Source of the DNA: Sminthopsis crassicaudata
Taxonomy: Eukaryota
DNA length: 64,000 bases
Direction: 5' to 3'
Assembly (NCBI RefSeq): GCF_048593235.1
Contig: NC_133620.1
Coordinates: forward strand, 371,719,261-371,783,260
Part shown: positions 12,562 through 25,255 of the stretch, piece after piece
Layout: each line of letters opens with the position of its first letter
How positions within the stretch are numbered: the stretch's first letter is position 1
Notes under the pieces: model-generated
Told to the model about the DNA's origin: nothing
Databases searched by the model: none
What the model saw: the letters and a program-made list of their open reading frames with translations, nothing else
Made by a program: the position numbers and the translations under genes

Positions 12562-14427
12562 TGCTTTATGTGGTGTAGCTCCTAGGAAGGATGTATCATT
12601 AGCCCTAAGGCCAACTGGTCTTAAGGTTAAGACTACCTAGAGTGCTACTGTTTCACAAACAATGCAGGCTGTCAGATAACAATCTGTTGGTCAGTAATAA
12701 AGTTTCTGAGACAAAAATGAGGTACATACCAGAGCACTCCTCAACTCTACCTCTAAGATTACAATTCCATTCTATCTCTAAGATAAATTACACAAAGCAC
12801 ACAATCTCTCTAAATTTTTCCCTTTATAAATTTATCTTCTTGCTCCTGATTCTTTGCTAACTTATTTTGGAACTTAGCCTGCTGTCAGCAGTATAATAAA
12901 TCTTTGTCCCTTAATTTAGAGACAAACTGAATTTGTGAATTGTTTTTTTTTATTAATTTTTATAATTATTTTTTTGACAGTACATATGCATAGGTAATTT
13001 TTTTTTTTTTTACAACATTATCCCTTGTACTCCCTTCTGTTCCGAATTTTTCCCCTCCTTCCCTCCACCCCCCCTAGATGGCAGGCATTCCCATACATAT
13101 TAAACAACTTATAGTGTATCCTAGATATAATATATATGTGCAGAACCGAATTTTGTTGTTGTTGCAAAGGAAGAATTGTATTAGGAAGGTAAAAATAATC
13201 TGAGAAGAAAAAAAAAAGAAAAAAAAAAGCTCAGTTTACACTCATTTCCCAGTGTTCCTTTTCTGGATGTAGCTGATTCTGTCCATCATTGATCAATTGG
13301 AATTGGATTAGCTCTTCTTTATGTTGAAGATATCCACTTCCATCAGAATACATCCTCATACAGTATCATTGTTGAAGTGTATAATGATCTCCTAGTTCTG
13401 CTCGTTTCACTCAACATCAGTTGATGTAAGTCTCTCCAGGCCTCTCTGTATTCCTCCTGTTGGTCATTTCTTACAGAGCAATAATATTCCATAACATTCA
13501 TATACCATAATTTACCCGACCATTCTCCAATTGATGGACATCCATTCATTTTCCAGTTTCTAGCCACTACAAAAAAGAGCTGCCACAAACATTTTGGCAC
13601 ATACAGGTCCCTTTCCCTTCTTTAGTATTTCCTTGGAATATAAGCCCAGTAGTAGTATGGCTGGATCAAAGGGTATGCACAGTTTGATAACTTTTGGGGC
13701 ATCATTCCAGATTATTCTCCAGAATGGTTGGATTCTTTCACAACTCTACCAACAATGCATCAGTGTCCCAGTTTTCCCACAGCCCCTCCAACATTCATCA
13801 TTATTTGTTCCTGTCATCTTAGCCAATCTGACCGGTGTGTAATGATATCTCAGAGTTGTCTTAATTTGCATTTCTCTGATCAATAGTGATTTGGAACACT
13901 CTTTCATATGAGTGGATATAGTTTCAATTTCATCATCTGAAAATTGTCTGTTCATATCCTTTGACCATTTATCAATTGGAGAATGCCTTGATTTCTTATA
14001 AATTAAAGTCAATTCTCTGTATATTTTGGAGATGAGGCCTTTATCAGAACCTTTAACTGTAAAAATGTTTTCCCAATTTGTTACTTCCCTTCTAATCTTG
14101 TTTGCATTAGAATTGTTTGTGCAGAAACTTTTTAATTTGGTGTAATCAAAATTTTCTATTTTGTGATCAATAATGGTCTCTAGTTCTCCTTTGGACACAA
14201 ATTCCTTCCTCCTCCATAAGTCTGAGGGATAAACTATCCTATGTTCCTCTAATTTATTTATGATTTCGTTCTTTATGCCTAAATCTTGGACCCATTTTGA
14301 TCTTATCTTAGTATGTGGTGTTAAATGTGAGTCCATGCCTAGTTTCTGCCATGAATTTGTGAATTGTTTCCCCATACCCACAATGACATGGGAACCTTAC
14401 ATTGTTGGGATGTCTTGCACCTCAACA
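12562..14427 (+). mobile_element. ERV 5' LTR, split by an L1 at 12946-14351
   Basis: TATAAA 12825-12830 and AATAAA 12895-12900. U5 resumes after the L1 and ends ...cacctcaaca at 14427. Left boundary approximate. Confidence 0.75.
12946..14351 (-). mobile_element. 5'-truncated L1 (ORF2 C-terminus and 3' UTR) with 18-bp TSD
   Basis: ORF 13746-14381 is L1 ORF2 (HLTPHTKIRSKW...IREMQIKTTLRYH...ECWRGCGKTGTLMHCW). TSD tgaatttgtgaattgttt at 12928-12945 and 14352-14369. Confidence 0.92.
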
Positions 14428-14429
14428 TT

Positions 14430-14470
14430 TGGTGGCCTGAATTTTTTGTCCTCTTTGTTAAGGTAAGTCC
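14430..14470 (+). promoter_or_regulatory. ERV primer-binding-site remnant and leader splice donor
   Basis: TGGTGGCC two bases after the LTR end matches the first 8 nt of a tRNA-Ile PBS; the rest is degenerate. AG|GTAAGT at 14463. Confidence 0.5.
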
Positions 14471-17400
14471 CTTTTCACCCCTATCCTATAGCTGAGACAC
14501 TCCAAGCAACTAGGAAGGCTTGTCAAGTCGGATCAGTGAGCTCCACACTCAACAAACTTTCCTTGACTGGGGATGCCTGGACTTGGAAATTCTTGCAATT
14601 CTTGGCATAGTTCCCTCCTGGTTAGGGAACAAATGACACTTTTTTACCCTGCTTGGGACCCCAAGGAGATGAGATGCTTTAGGGCTAGGAATTCTAAGGC
14701 TTGTGGCAAAGATGACATAATCCATCTCTATCTCTAAGGATTCTCTCTTAGGCTGTCTCTTAAAAAATAGAGACAAATTATAACTAAAAGACCTAAAAGG
14801 GACATACAATGGTTTTAAAATTAAGATACTTATTTTCTTTTGCAATATTTCCTAACCTCAGTATATCTTAGAGGATCAGAAAAATGGTCCATTAATTATA
14901 ACATTTTGATTTGTTTTGCCTCAGACAAGGCAAATGATCTGAAGCTCCACATGTCCAAGTCTCTATGACCTTGTCCAAGATTCTAATTTAAGACAACACT
15001 GTAGGATGCTACTGATAGAGGAGAATTGAAAGTAGACACTGACCTCCTAAATGACCCCCTCCTTTCTACCTCTCTAGGGACACAGAATCCACTGTCTGTC
15101 CCTTCATGCAGTACTTATCAGAAGACCCAAAAATTCCTTCCAGCAATGTTTCTTCAACTCAGTCCCCTTTCCATGGATCCCCTGGACCCTCACTTCTTAG
15201 AGCTAAATTCTGAAACCTCCTTGCCTCCCAGTCCTAGCCCCTTCTATACAAGGAGCTGGACCCCTTTTTCTCTCCCCCAGTATTCTCTGATTCAGCTATC
15301 CCTCCTAAACTCTGCCCATTAAGATAATTAGCAGATTTTCAGGGTGGAACACTCAGGGTTCATGTGCCTTTTTCAATGTCAGTCCTTTCCCAGATTAAAG
15401 AAAACTTGGCCATTACTCTGAGGATACCACTAAATACTCTGAGGATCCCACTAAATATATTAGGGAAAGCCATTTCCCTCCAATTTGATTTTACTGGGGA
15501 GATGTTAATATCATTATTTCTTCTTGCTGCATCATAGAGAAGAAAAAGAGAATGTGGAATTTAACCCAGAACTTTGGGGTTGATATGGCTGAGTCTTCCT
15601 CCTGCTCTGGTAGATATCCCTTAGGGACTATTGCTGTCCCAGTTGCAGACCCCAGGTGGGATTACCAGGAGGGAAGCAGAGATAGAGAGAGAAAGGATCA
15701 TTTTCTAATCTGCTTCACTGAAGGCATGAAAAAGAGAATTAAGAAGCAGATTAATTATGCAAAATTTAAAGAAGTTACACAGGGAGCTAAAGACAATCCT
15801 GCCTTCTTTCAGGGGCACTTTGTAGAGGCCTAGCAAAATACACTAACCCAGACCCCACCACTCCAGAGGGGATCACTGTGTTCAGCATACTAGTCAGTCT
15901 ACCCCAAACATTTGGAAGTTAGCCATGAGTCCTCAAACTCTCCAGACACAATTGTTGGAAACAATCTTTGGACTAAACTGCAACAGAAGATCAGGACCAC
16001 AGGGCTAGGGTTAGGAACAGAGAACAGGCTCAATTTTTAGCTGCTGCCATATCCCGGAATCCTTGGGGGTTCTTGCTTCAGATGACACAGCCAGGGCCAT
16101 TGATCTCACAACTTTCCTCAGAGAAACCCCCTCATAGCTGTACCCTAAATAAAAAAAGAAGAGACACTGGAAGAGATACTGCCCACAAAGCACAAAGCCG
16201 CCTCTTCCCAATGCCCTGTCCTCCTTTCTCCTCAGGACCAAGAGTCATGGTGCCCTGGATTTGGCTAGACTCTCTCTTACGCCATCATCATGGTCTAACC
16301 CAGGAGCACTTTGGACATAGCAGGCAAATCCATTGAATTTTTCTTTGACTTTCTGGGAGCCTCATATTCTGTCCTACCCCAGCACTCTTGGTCACACCCA
16401 CCCTTCCTCTCATAGGGTGATGAGAATTGAAGGAAAACTTAGGAACTGTTTTGAGACCTTCCCTCTGCCTTTCCAGTTTGGTGACCTGTTATTCAAATAC
16501 TCTTTTCTTACTTTCTCCTATCTTGCCCCCTTGTTGGAACATGACTTGATGGTGAAAATGGGGACCCAATTTTCCCTACTCTGACCCCTGGGTACATTTT
16601 TGTGCTTCTCTTAAAGCCTCTCTTATTCCATCTGAAATCTGGGATGAAGTAGATTTCTCTGTCTGGGACCAAGGAATTCCCGGAAGAGCTATTGGGATCC
16701 TGCATGTTCCCTCACAAGTGCCAGTACTCAATGAAGCCAGAAGCCAGAGGGTGATGGCAACTCCTGATAGAAAAATTTCTTAAGCACAAGCTTTTGGTTC
16801 CTTGCCACTCTCTCCCTGTAATATTTCTATTCTCCCCATTAGGAAACCAAATTGGGTACAGGACCTCAGAGCTGTTAATGAGGCATTATTCCTATTCATC
16901 TCATTGTGCCTAATCCCTATACTATCCTGACTCAGATCCCAAGGGACACACAAAGGTTTTCTACTTTAGATATTAAAGATATTTTCTCTTGTATACCACT
17001 GTGTAAAAATCCCTTTTGCCTTTGAATGGGCAAATTTGGGACAATCTAACCAATTGACATGGACACTCCTATACTCAGGATTTCCAAGGCAGCCCCAATT
17101 TATTTGGACAGGCACTGGCTTAAGATTTAAGATACCTGGAGCTGCTTACCAGTAGCTTTGTCCAGTATGTTGATGACATCCTGATCTGCAGTCCAACCTA
17201 GGAGGCTTCTCTGACTACTGCCATAAAAACCCTTAACTTTCTAGGCTCCAGAAGTTATAAAGTATCTTTGTCTAAGGCTCAAATTGCCTATTAAGTATTT
17301 GGGCCATGAATTAACTCTCACTTCTCGTTTGCTCTCATTGGAGAGGAAACAGGCAATCTTGTCATTCCCTGAACCTGTCTCAAAGAAACAGCTGCATACT

Positions 17401-17832
17401 TTCCTGGGCATGGCTGGATTTTTTAGAATCTGGATACCTGACTTCAGGATTATTGACAAATCCCTCTATGATTTTATTCAAGATCCTGACATTCTTTCCC
17501 TTGACTGGGACCTTGATCAGACTAAGGTTTTTAAGACCCTAAAAACTAAACTGATCTTTGCCCCTCCTGCCTAATTTTAAAAAGCCTTTTTTTACTCTGT
17601 ATGTTGATGAACAATGGGATCAAGTCCATGGGGTCTTAACTCAAGATCTTGTGCAGTATCCCAGGTCCATTGTTTATTTTCTCAGTATCCTGTCTTAGAG
17701 CAAGGCTGTCCTTTTAACTAAGGAAGCCTCCAAACTCACCTATTGGAGGTTCTAACTCCCCACTGCGTTCAAAGCATTTTGGAAGCCAAAGGTCATCGGT
17801 GGCGTGCTGATAGGAGGCTTATAGATAATACC

Positions 17833-18129
17833 AAAGTTTCTGAGACAATAATGAAACAACTCTACCTCTAAGATTACTCCTCAATTCTACCACTAAGTCA
17901 TAAAACATAAACATATCAGTGAAGCACCTGATCTTTTTAACTTTTTTCCTTATAAATTTATCTTCTTGCTCCTGGTTCTTTGCTAACTTCTTTTGGAATT
18001 TAGCTCACTGTTAGCAATGTAATAAATCTTTGCCTTTTAACTTGGAGACTGAGTTTGTGAATTCTTTTGCCATATCTGCAATATCAACCTGGGGACCCTA
18101 ACATTGTTGAAGTATCTTACACCTCAACA
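17833..18129 (+). mobile_element. ERV 3' LTR with truncated U3
   Basis: TATAAA 17951-17956, AATAAA 18021-18026, ends acacctcaaca. It directly abuts pol sequence. Confidence 0.8.
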
Positions 18130-19010
18130 AGATAATTTCAGAAAATCCTGGAAAGATTTATATGAACTGATGCTGAATGAAGCAAGCAGAACCAAGAGAA
18201 CATTGTACATGGTATCAATAAGATTATGTGATGATCAACTGTGATAGAATTGACTTGTCTCAACAATGAAGTGATTGAAGACAATTACAACAGACTTCTG
18301 ATGGAGAGAGCCAGCTGCATTCAGAGAGAGGATGATGAGATTGGACTGAATGTAGATCAAAACATAGTATTTTTACCTTTTTGTTGGTCTTCTTTGCTTG
18401 CTTGTGTGTTTTTTTTTTCTTTCTTATTTTTTTTCCTTTTTGATCTGATTTTTCTTATGCGGCATGACAAATATGGAAATATGTTTCGATGAACTGCATG
18501 TGTTTAAGCTGTATTGGATTACTTGCTGTCTTGGAGAGGAGAATAGGGAGAAGTGAGGAAGTAAATTTTGGAACACAAGGTTTTGCAATAGCGAATGTTG
18601 AAAACTATCTTTGCATGTATTTTGAAAATAAAATACTATTAAAAAAAAAAAAAAAAAAGACTTGGGGTAGAATATACCATCCATATCCAGAGAGAGAACT
18701 AAGGAGACTCAATATGGATCAAATAGAGAACAAGCTTTTAAAAGAGACCATCTTTTTTGGGGGGTTGATTTTTTTTTTTCCTCCTGATTCTTTCCCTTTT
18801 GGTCTGATTTGTCTTGTATAATATGACAAATATGTTTAAAAGGATTACACATATTTAACTTATGTCAGATTGCTTGCTGTTTGAGAGAGGGGAATGTTAA
18901 AGGAGGAAGGGAAAAAATTTGGAACACAAATTCTTATAAAAAATGAATGTTGAAAACTATCTTTACATGTATTTGGAAAAATTAAAATGCTATTGAGAAA
19001 AAAAAAGTAC
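18130..19010 (+). mobile_element. L1 3' fragments (right half of the ERV-split copy plus a second 3' end)
   Basis: gaactgatgctg...agaaccaagagaacattg, with two aaaactatcttt.catgtattt.gaaaa termini at about 18600 and 18955. Confidence 0.7.
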
Positions 19011-20584
19011 TGATCAATTTAATTGATCACACATTTATTAAGAGATTATCATGTACCTCAGGACAATGGATAGAACACTAGGTATGAAGTTAGGAAGACC
19101 TTCCCTATTCTCATATATATGATCTTATGTATCAAGAACCATGCTAGGTGTTGGGACATAAATAAAAATGGGAAATGGAAAATCCTTGACCTCAAGGAAT
19201 TTCTGCTCTACACTAGGAATAGTTCAGAGTGGTTATGGGGTCATAGCAGTGCTTGAGTCTCTGCAGTAAGAATTAAAAGAGGTTGCAATGCGCCCAAGTG
19301 AGGGAAGTATTCACACTTATAGAGGTGAAATTTCAGAACCTATAAAAATTGAAGTAATGTTACTGAGGAACATTTCCCTCCTCCTCCTCCTTCAAGATCT
19401 GTGCCCTGAGTGCTTCCCTCCTTCCCTTCAGTCACAATCAGACACAACACCTTGAAGTAAAAACTTTTATTATCATATACAGGAAGGAAAAAGAGAATGA
19501 ATTGCTTCTGGAAAGGGAGGTTGAAAGGCAAGGGTGGAGTAATCTTGATTCTAGAAAAGTGATGACAAAACAAGCATCCTTCCTTATATAATGGACTGCT
19601 CAGACTATAGGAGTATAGAGGTATAAGGGGCTTAGCACAGAGCAGGCACTTAATAAATGATTATTAATTGTTTGATAGAATAAGGCATAATATTGTCAAT
19701 CCCTGCCAATGTGTTGTTTTGCTCCTTAACTATGTCTCTCTTTTTTTTTTTTACTATGGAGAATAACATGCAATTGAGGAAAAATAAAATACTAAATAAA
19801 TAATTTAATCATTTAATAAGGAGAATTAAACAGGAGTAAAGGAGAAACAATGGGAAGGGATGGTGGATCAGTGTGTTGTTTTGTTTTCTTAACTTTCCTT
19901 TTTTAATATAGATGATAGCATGCAACTGGGGGAAAATAAGATAATAAATAAATTAATTAACCATTTAATAGGCAGGATTATACAGAAATGAAGAAGACGA
20001 AACATTGGCAAGTGACGATGGATGAAAAAAATCAATGAATATTTTCAAAAACAATGAGAGCAAGAGAAGCAGTATAGTTTAGTGGATAGAGAGGGTTGGC
20101 TTTACAGCACTAGTTTTACAGCACTAGTTTCAAATCCTGCCTCTGACATGCTAGTCAACTTTTTGGGAAAGTCACAGCCTCTTAGAACTCTAGACAGCTC
20201 CTTACAATTCTAAATTACAGGCAAATTGCTGATCTGCATTTGGTATAGCCATAAGGTTATAGGTCCAGGCAGGAAGGAAGGATGGGACAAATGGAGGGAA
20301 GAAGTGAGAAATGGAAAAAGGAAGGGAGAGGAGGGAAAAGGAAGGGAGAGAGTAGGAGAGAAACAGAGAGAGGGAAAGAAAGAATATAGGGCAGAGAAGG
20401 TTAGGGTGTACCTTACAGGGAAAAGGTAAAAGTCAACTACCTTTAGATAACATAGATCTGGAGGATTTTTTAGTCCCATTATCAATAATTGGGGAGGGAT
20501 GGAATGAGAGTGACAGTCCCGATGAAGGGAAAGAGACTGCACTGGGAAGATTATCCTTAGTGCAGTGGCCCATCATTCATTTGT

Positions 20585-20728
20585 TTATTTATTTTCTTCC
20601 AAGAAGAAATCATTGTAGGCCATACACAGTGTGGTCAGGAACACAGAATATTCCTTGAAATCAATCTCCTGATCACTGTTCTTGTCCAGGCTTTTCATCA
20701 GTTCATCGATGCCACTTTCCTGCATTTT
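20585..20728 (-). CDS. S100A5: S100A5 coding exon 3: KMQESGIDELMKSLDKNSDQEIDFKEYSVFLTTLCMAYNDFFLEENK*
   Basis: Acceptor ttctgttcccacttag, phase 0. Near-identical to known S100A5 C-terminal halves. Stop TAA at 20585-20587. Confidence 0.96.
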   Translation of the reverse strand, partial: KMQESGIDELMKSLDKNSDQEIDFKEYSVFLTTLCMAYNDFFLEENK

Positions 20729-21630
20729 CTAAGTGGGAACAGAAAGTGATAATAGAGAATTTAGACCCCCCTTCCATTTCTCTGTATTTCTTTCTCCCTC
20801 CCACACTCCATTCCTATCTCCAGGTTCCATCTTTACTCTCTCTCCCACAAGCATTTATTGTTCACTGAAGGCAAAGCCGATTCAAAAATACTAGTTTACC
20901 CCCTTAAAATAAAAACAAAAAACAAAAAAATCATAAATTGCATTCTATCACTCAATAGAAAGGATCTGTTTTACAGGCTTAGCACCAGAAGAGAATAAAC
21001 TTTTAAAAGAGGCCATCTAATCCAATTCCCTCATTTGAAGGAAGATTAAACTAAGACTCAGAAAATTTAAGAGACTTGCTTGAGTTTACTTAGGTAATAA
21101 GTAGCAGAGCCAGGTTTTGAATTCAAATTCTGTAACTTTAAACTTAGAATCCTTTGCACTATACCAGATAAGACATTATACCATGCTGATTTCCACTCTT
21201 TCAATGTGAATAAATAAATGCTTATAATATCCGATGTGGGTAAGTTTGGAGGGTCTGAGAATAGTACAGTGGAACTAAAGAAAAGCTTGGACCTGGGCCA
21301 CCCTATGTCAAAAGGACAAGAGATGACTGTATTATAAGACACCCCACCTCCCCAGTTATTCCTAGAAAACAGAAAAGGTAAGGAGGATACAGCCAGGAAG
21401 CCATAGGGACTAGGAGAGAAGCAAACACATCAATCTTAGGAATATAGATCTAGGGTTAGAAAGGATCTCAGAGGCCAACTTCCTTGTTTTCTTAGATATG
21501 GCACCTTCTGAGAAGGGGAATGGGCTATTGTAGGATAAAACGTAATACAAAAGTATCCTAAAGTCAAATTTTTAAAGGGATTTAGAAGGGAGGCTCAGTG
21601 TCTTCCATACTACATTACTATTGTCACTAC

Positions 21631-21633
<3 letters not shown>

Positions 21634-21673
<40 letters not shown>
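21634..21673. repeat. (CA)n microsatellite in S100A5 intron 2
   Basis: About 20 perfect CA units. Confidence 0.95.
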
Positions 21674-21678
<5 letters not shown>

Positions 21679-22463
21679 TGAATCAACTTCCTCAAGTAAA
21701 CTCTTTCTTATCCTGTCCTTTTTCCAATTTGAAAAAAGAAATAGAGGTTCCAAGGCTTCTCCTAGACTGGTTCTTCCTTCTCTCCTCCCTCCCACCCATA
21801 ATGTCCTCTTCCCCTTCATTTCCCATGACCTCCCAAAACTTGCCAAATCTGTCCCCAGCACTGTCCATCTTCTTCCCAATACTATATCACACTGTCTCCA
21901 AAAAGCATTCCCTAGATCACCTGAACCCACCCAATCTGTTCCTCTGAATCCTTTCCTCCTCACCCTGGCAAGGATGTATTTGTTTTTATCTTTCTGTATT
22001 TGTGTCTCTTTTTGAGGTCTAAAGTTGTATCATGTATCCTCCTATAAAATAGTGTTCCCAGAAAGTAGCAACAATGTTTCCCCTTCAGAATAGAAGTTCC
22101 TGTGTCTATCTAATCAGAGAGAAAAGTCCCTGAACTCAAGGACTATCTACAACCTTCCTTTATATTACAACTATTAGACTGGGAATCCCTTAAAAAGTCT
22201 CTCCTCGTCAAACTAGGAGACCCCTCAAAGTTAAATCTTATCTTTTCTTCTACTGAAGTTTCCCCTCTTGGATTCAGGACACTACTGTCCAAAGAGGATG
22301 ATTAGTCTTGAAAATCATTGTTGTATCTGTTAGAGTAGAAATTTTTAGACCATGTAAGTAATGGATGGCAGGAGAATAATAATAGTTTACAACTACAAAG
22401 TAATACTTGTGTCTCCTCACAGGTCTTCATACATTAGCTCATTTGAGATAAGAAAATACTCAC

Positions 22464-22601
22464 CTCCCCCAAGCATAGCTCCTTCTTAATCAGCTCCTTC
22501 AATTCTCTCCTGCTCAGGGTCAATTTGCTGCCCTCCTTTCCCGAATATTTGTGGAAAGTGGTGACCATGGTAGTCAGGGCCTTCTCAAGAGGAGTCTCCA
22601 T
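22464..22601 (-). CDS. S100A5: S100A5 coding exon 2: [46 protein letters not shown]
   Basis: ATG at 22601-22599, acceptor at 22621-22622, donor GTGAGT after 22464. Sequence is diagnostic of S100A5. Joined protein is 93 aa. Confidence 0.96.
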
Positions 22602-22710
22602 TTCAGCAAAACTTTTAGATCTAAAGAACAAAGAGAAAAGACATAGGAGGAAAGAATCCTATTCTAAAGGATTTAAGCTTAACCCCAAATGAAACTTCCT
22701 CCATATACAT

Positions 22711-22741
<31 letters not shown>

Positions 22742-23783
22742 TTCAGTTATAACAGAATAGACTAGAGCAAGATATAAAACAGAACTCCCCAAACTTCGAG
22801 GACTGTGAAAAAAACTGAAACAGTTTGACAAAGGAGTGAGTGTTCAGTATCCCACCTGGGATATATTCCCTTTGGTAGGAGGGTGAGTGGGGGGACCTGG
22901 GAATGGTCTCAAATGAAGTAGGGATAGGCAGCTTGACCTCCCAAAGGAAGAATAAGGGTATGACTATTTACTCTCTGCCCCATCCAGTGCAACGGGTGAG
23001 TTACTCAAAGTCCCCTCCCATCTATACCCAGATCTCTGATTCAAGAAGTTTTCAAAGAGTGGATGTGATGGACAGGGTAAAGGAAAAAAGCCTAACCATG
23101 TGAAAATATGAGCACAAAGGCAGCAGGAATGAAGAGAGAACACTAGGCAGGAGGTAGGGGAGAGGTGGTCAGACCTTACAAACTGGTTTTCTGTTTCTGA
23201 GACACAGAAAGCTAGAAGAAAGGGCACCGATAAAGAAAAGGGTGGTAGAGGAGAGGAGTCAGAGTAAGAGGGATAAAAGGAAAGGAGAGAGAATATCTTT
23301 CCTTCATTCATTTAATCATTCAATAAATATAAAAAGCCTATTAAGGGCAAAGGCAAAGTTTATCATGACAAATAGGGAGCCAGTCAGAGTCAAGAAAATC
23401 TGTATCTAACACATATAAGCCCTATATACATCACTTAATTTCATAATATTTTCTAAAAAAGTCTCTAAGGCTTAGAGTTTCTTAACCTGGAGTCCATGAA
23501 CTTATTGTTTTATTTTTAAATTATTTGCAAACTTTATGATTGTTGTCATTTTTTAATAATAGCTTTTCATTTTCACAATACATGAAAAGATAGTTTTCAG
23601 CATTCGCCCTTGCAAAACCTTACAATGAGCTTATTTTTTTAAAACAATTTGTTAATTTTATTTTAAAGTAACTAGTTTCCTTTGTCATTTTATGTATTAG
23701 ATTTTATGCATTTAATGACATGATCCTGAGAAAAAGACCAAAGACCACTAGATTGCTGCCAAGGAGTTGGGAAGACCAGGCCA

Positions 23784-23786
<3 letters not shown>

Positions 23787-23841
<55 letters not shown>
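23787..23841. repeat. (AC)n microsatellite
   Basis: About 27 perfect AC units. Confidence 0.95.
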
Positions 23842-23843
<2 letters not shown>

Positions 23844-23869
23844 GCTTAAAAATTCCTGCACTACCCAGA

Positions 23870-24545
23870 AATGTTTGTGGAAGTCCTTTTCATAGTGGCT
23901 AGAAACTGGAAATTGAATGGATGTAGATCAACTGAAGAATGGCTGAGTAAATTGTGGTATATGTGGTACATGAATGTTATAGAATATTATTGTTCTGTAA
24001 GAAATGACCAGCAGGACAATTTCAGAGAGGTCTGGAGAGACTTACATGAACTGATGCTGAGTGAAATGAGCAGAACCAGGAAATCATTCTACACTTCCAC
24101 AATAATACTATATGAGGATCAATTCTGATGGACGTGGCCCTCTTCAACAATGAGATGAACCAAATCAGTTCCAATTGATCAATAATGAACAGAACCAGCT
24201 ACACCCAGCAAAAGAACTATGGGAAATGAGTTTGGACCACAACATAGCATTTCCACTCTTTCTGTTATTGTTTGTTTGCTTTTTGTTTTTCTTCTCAGGC
24301 TATTTTTACCTTCTTTCTAAATCTGATTTTTCTTGTGAGCAAGATAACTGTATAAATATGTATACATATAATGTATTCAACATGTACTTTAACATATTTA
24401 ACATGTATGGAACTACCTGCCATCTAGGGGAGGGGATAAAGGGAAGGAGGGGAAAGTTGGAACAGAAGTTTTTGGAAGGGTCAATGTTAAAAAATTACCC
24501 ATGCATATGTTTTGTCAATAAAAAGCTATAATTAAAAAAAAAAAC
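23870..24545 (+). mobile_element. L1 ORF2 end and 3' UTR
   Basis: Translates MFVEVLFIVARNWKL...RNDQQDNFREVWRDLHELMLSEMSRTR, then 3' UTR, AATAAA and an A tail. Confidence 0.85.
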
Positions 24546-24639
24546 CTTCACTGTCATCCTCCAATTGTTAAATGATCAAAAGATATGATCCATGCCCAAA
24601 GGGTTTTATAATCATACCCTTTAAAAAAAAAAAAAAAAC

Positions 24640-25255
24640 AAGGAAAAAGGCCTAAATGTACAAAAATTTATAGCAGCTTTTCTCAGGGCAAAGAATTGAA
24701 AATTGAGGGGATGCTCATAAATTGGGGAATGGCTGAATAAATTGTTATATGGGATTATGATAGAATATTTTTGTTCTACATGAAATGATGAGCAGGATGT
24801 TCTCAGAAGTATTTGGAAAGCTCATGCAAAGTGAAATGTACTGTGTACAAAATAATAGCAATGTTGTGGGAAGATAAACTATGAATGACTTTCCTATTCT
24901 CAGCAATACAATGATCCAAGACTACTTTCAAGGACTTATGATGAAAAATGCTGACCATACTCAAAGAAAGAACTGATTGTGTCAGAATACAGATTGATGG
25001 ATACTCTTTTTTTGTTACTTTATTTTTATTGATGGTTTTTGGGAGGTGGAGGGAAATCTATGTTTTCTTTCACAGCATGACTTATAGAAATGTATTGCAT
25101 AACTTACATGTGCCTTTTCAATGGAGGGAGAGCAGTGGGGAAGGAGGAAAGGAGTGAATCTAGAACTCAAAGTTTTAAAAATAAATGTTAAAAATTGTTT
25201 TACATGTATCTGAAAAATACGAACTATTTAAAGGTTAAAAATAAAAGAAAATAAA
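24640..25255 (+). mobile_element. Older L1 3' fragment
   Basis: Reads gcagcttttc...ggggaatggctgaataaattg...aataaatgttaaaaattg. Confidence 0.65.

Larger units (their letters stand above)
12562..18129 (+). mobile_element. Defective class I (gamma-like, HERV-H/W/I-type) endogenous retrovirus: LTR-PBS-gag-pro-pol(RT)-deletion-LTR
   Basis: Two related LTRs ending cctcaaca. Gag MHR-like KQINYAKFKEVTQGAKDNPAFF, a degenerate knuckle HWKRYCP (~16165), protease-like GASYSVLP (~16360), RT QYVDDILI (YVDD 17166-17177) and FLGMAGFFRIWIP. Frames are broken. Confidence 0.88.

Noticed and set aside
13746-14381. 211-aa ORF as a host gene
   Set aside because: It is the C-terminal part of L1 ORF2 inside a TSD-flanked truncated L1; the same applies to 35694-36092.
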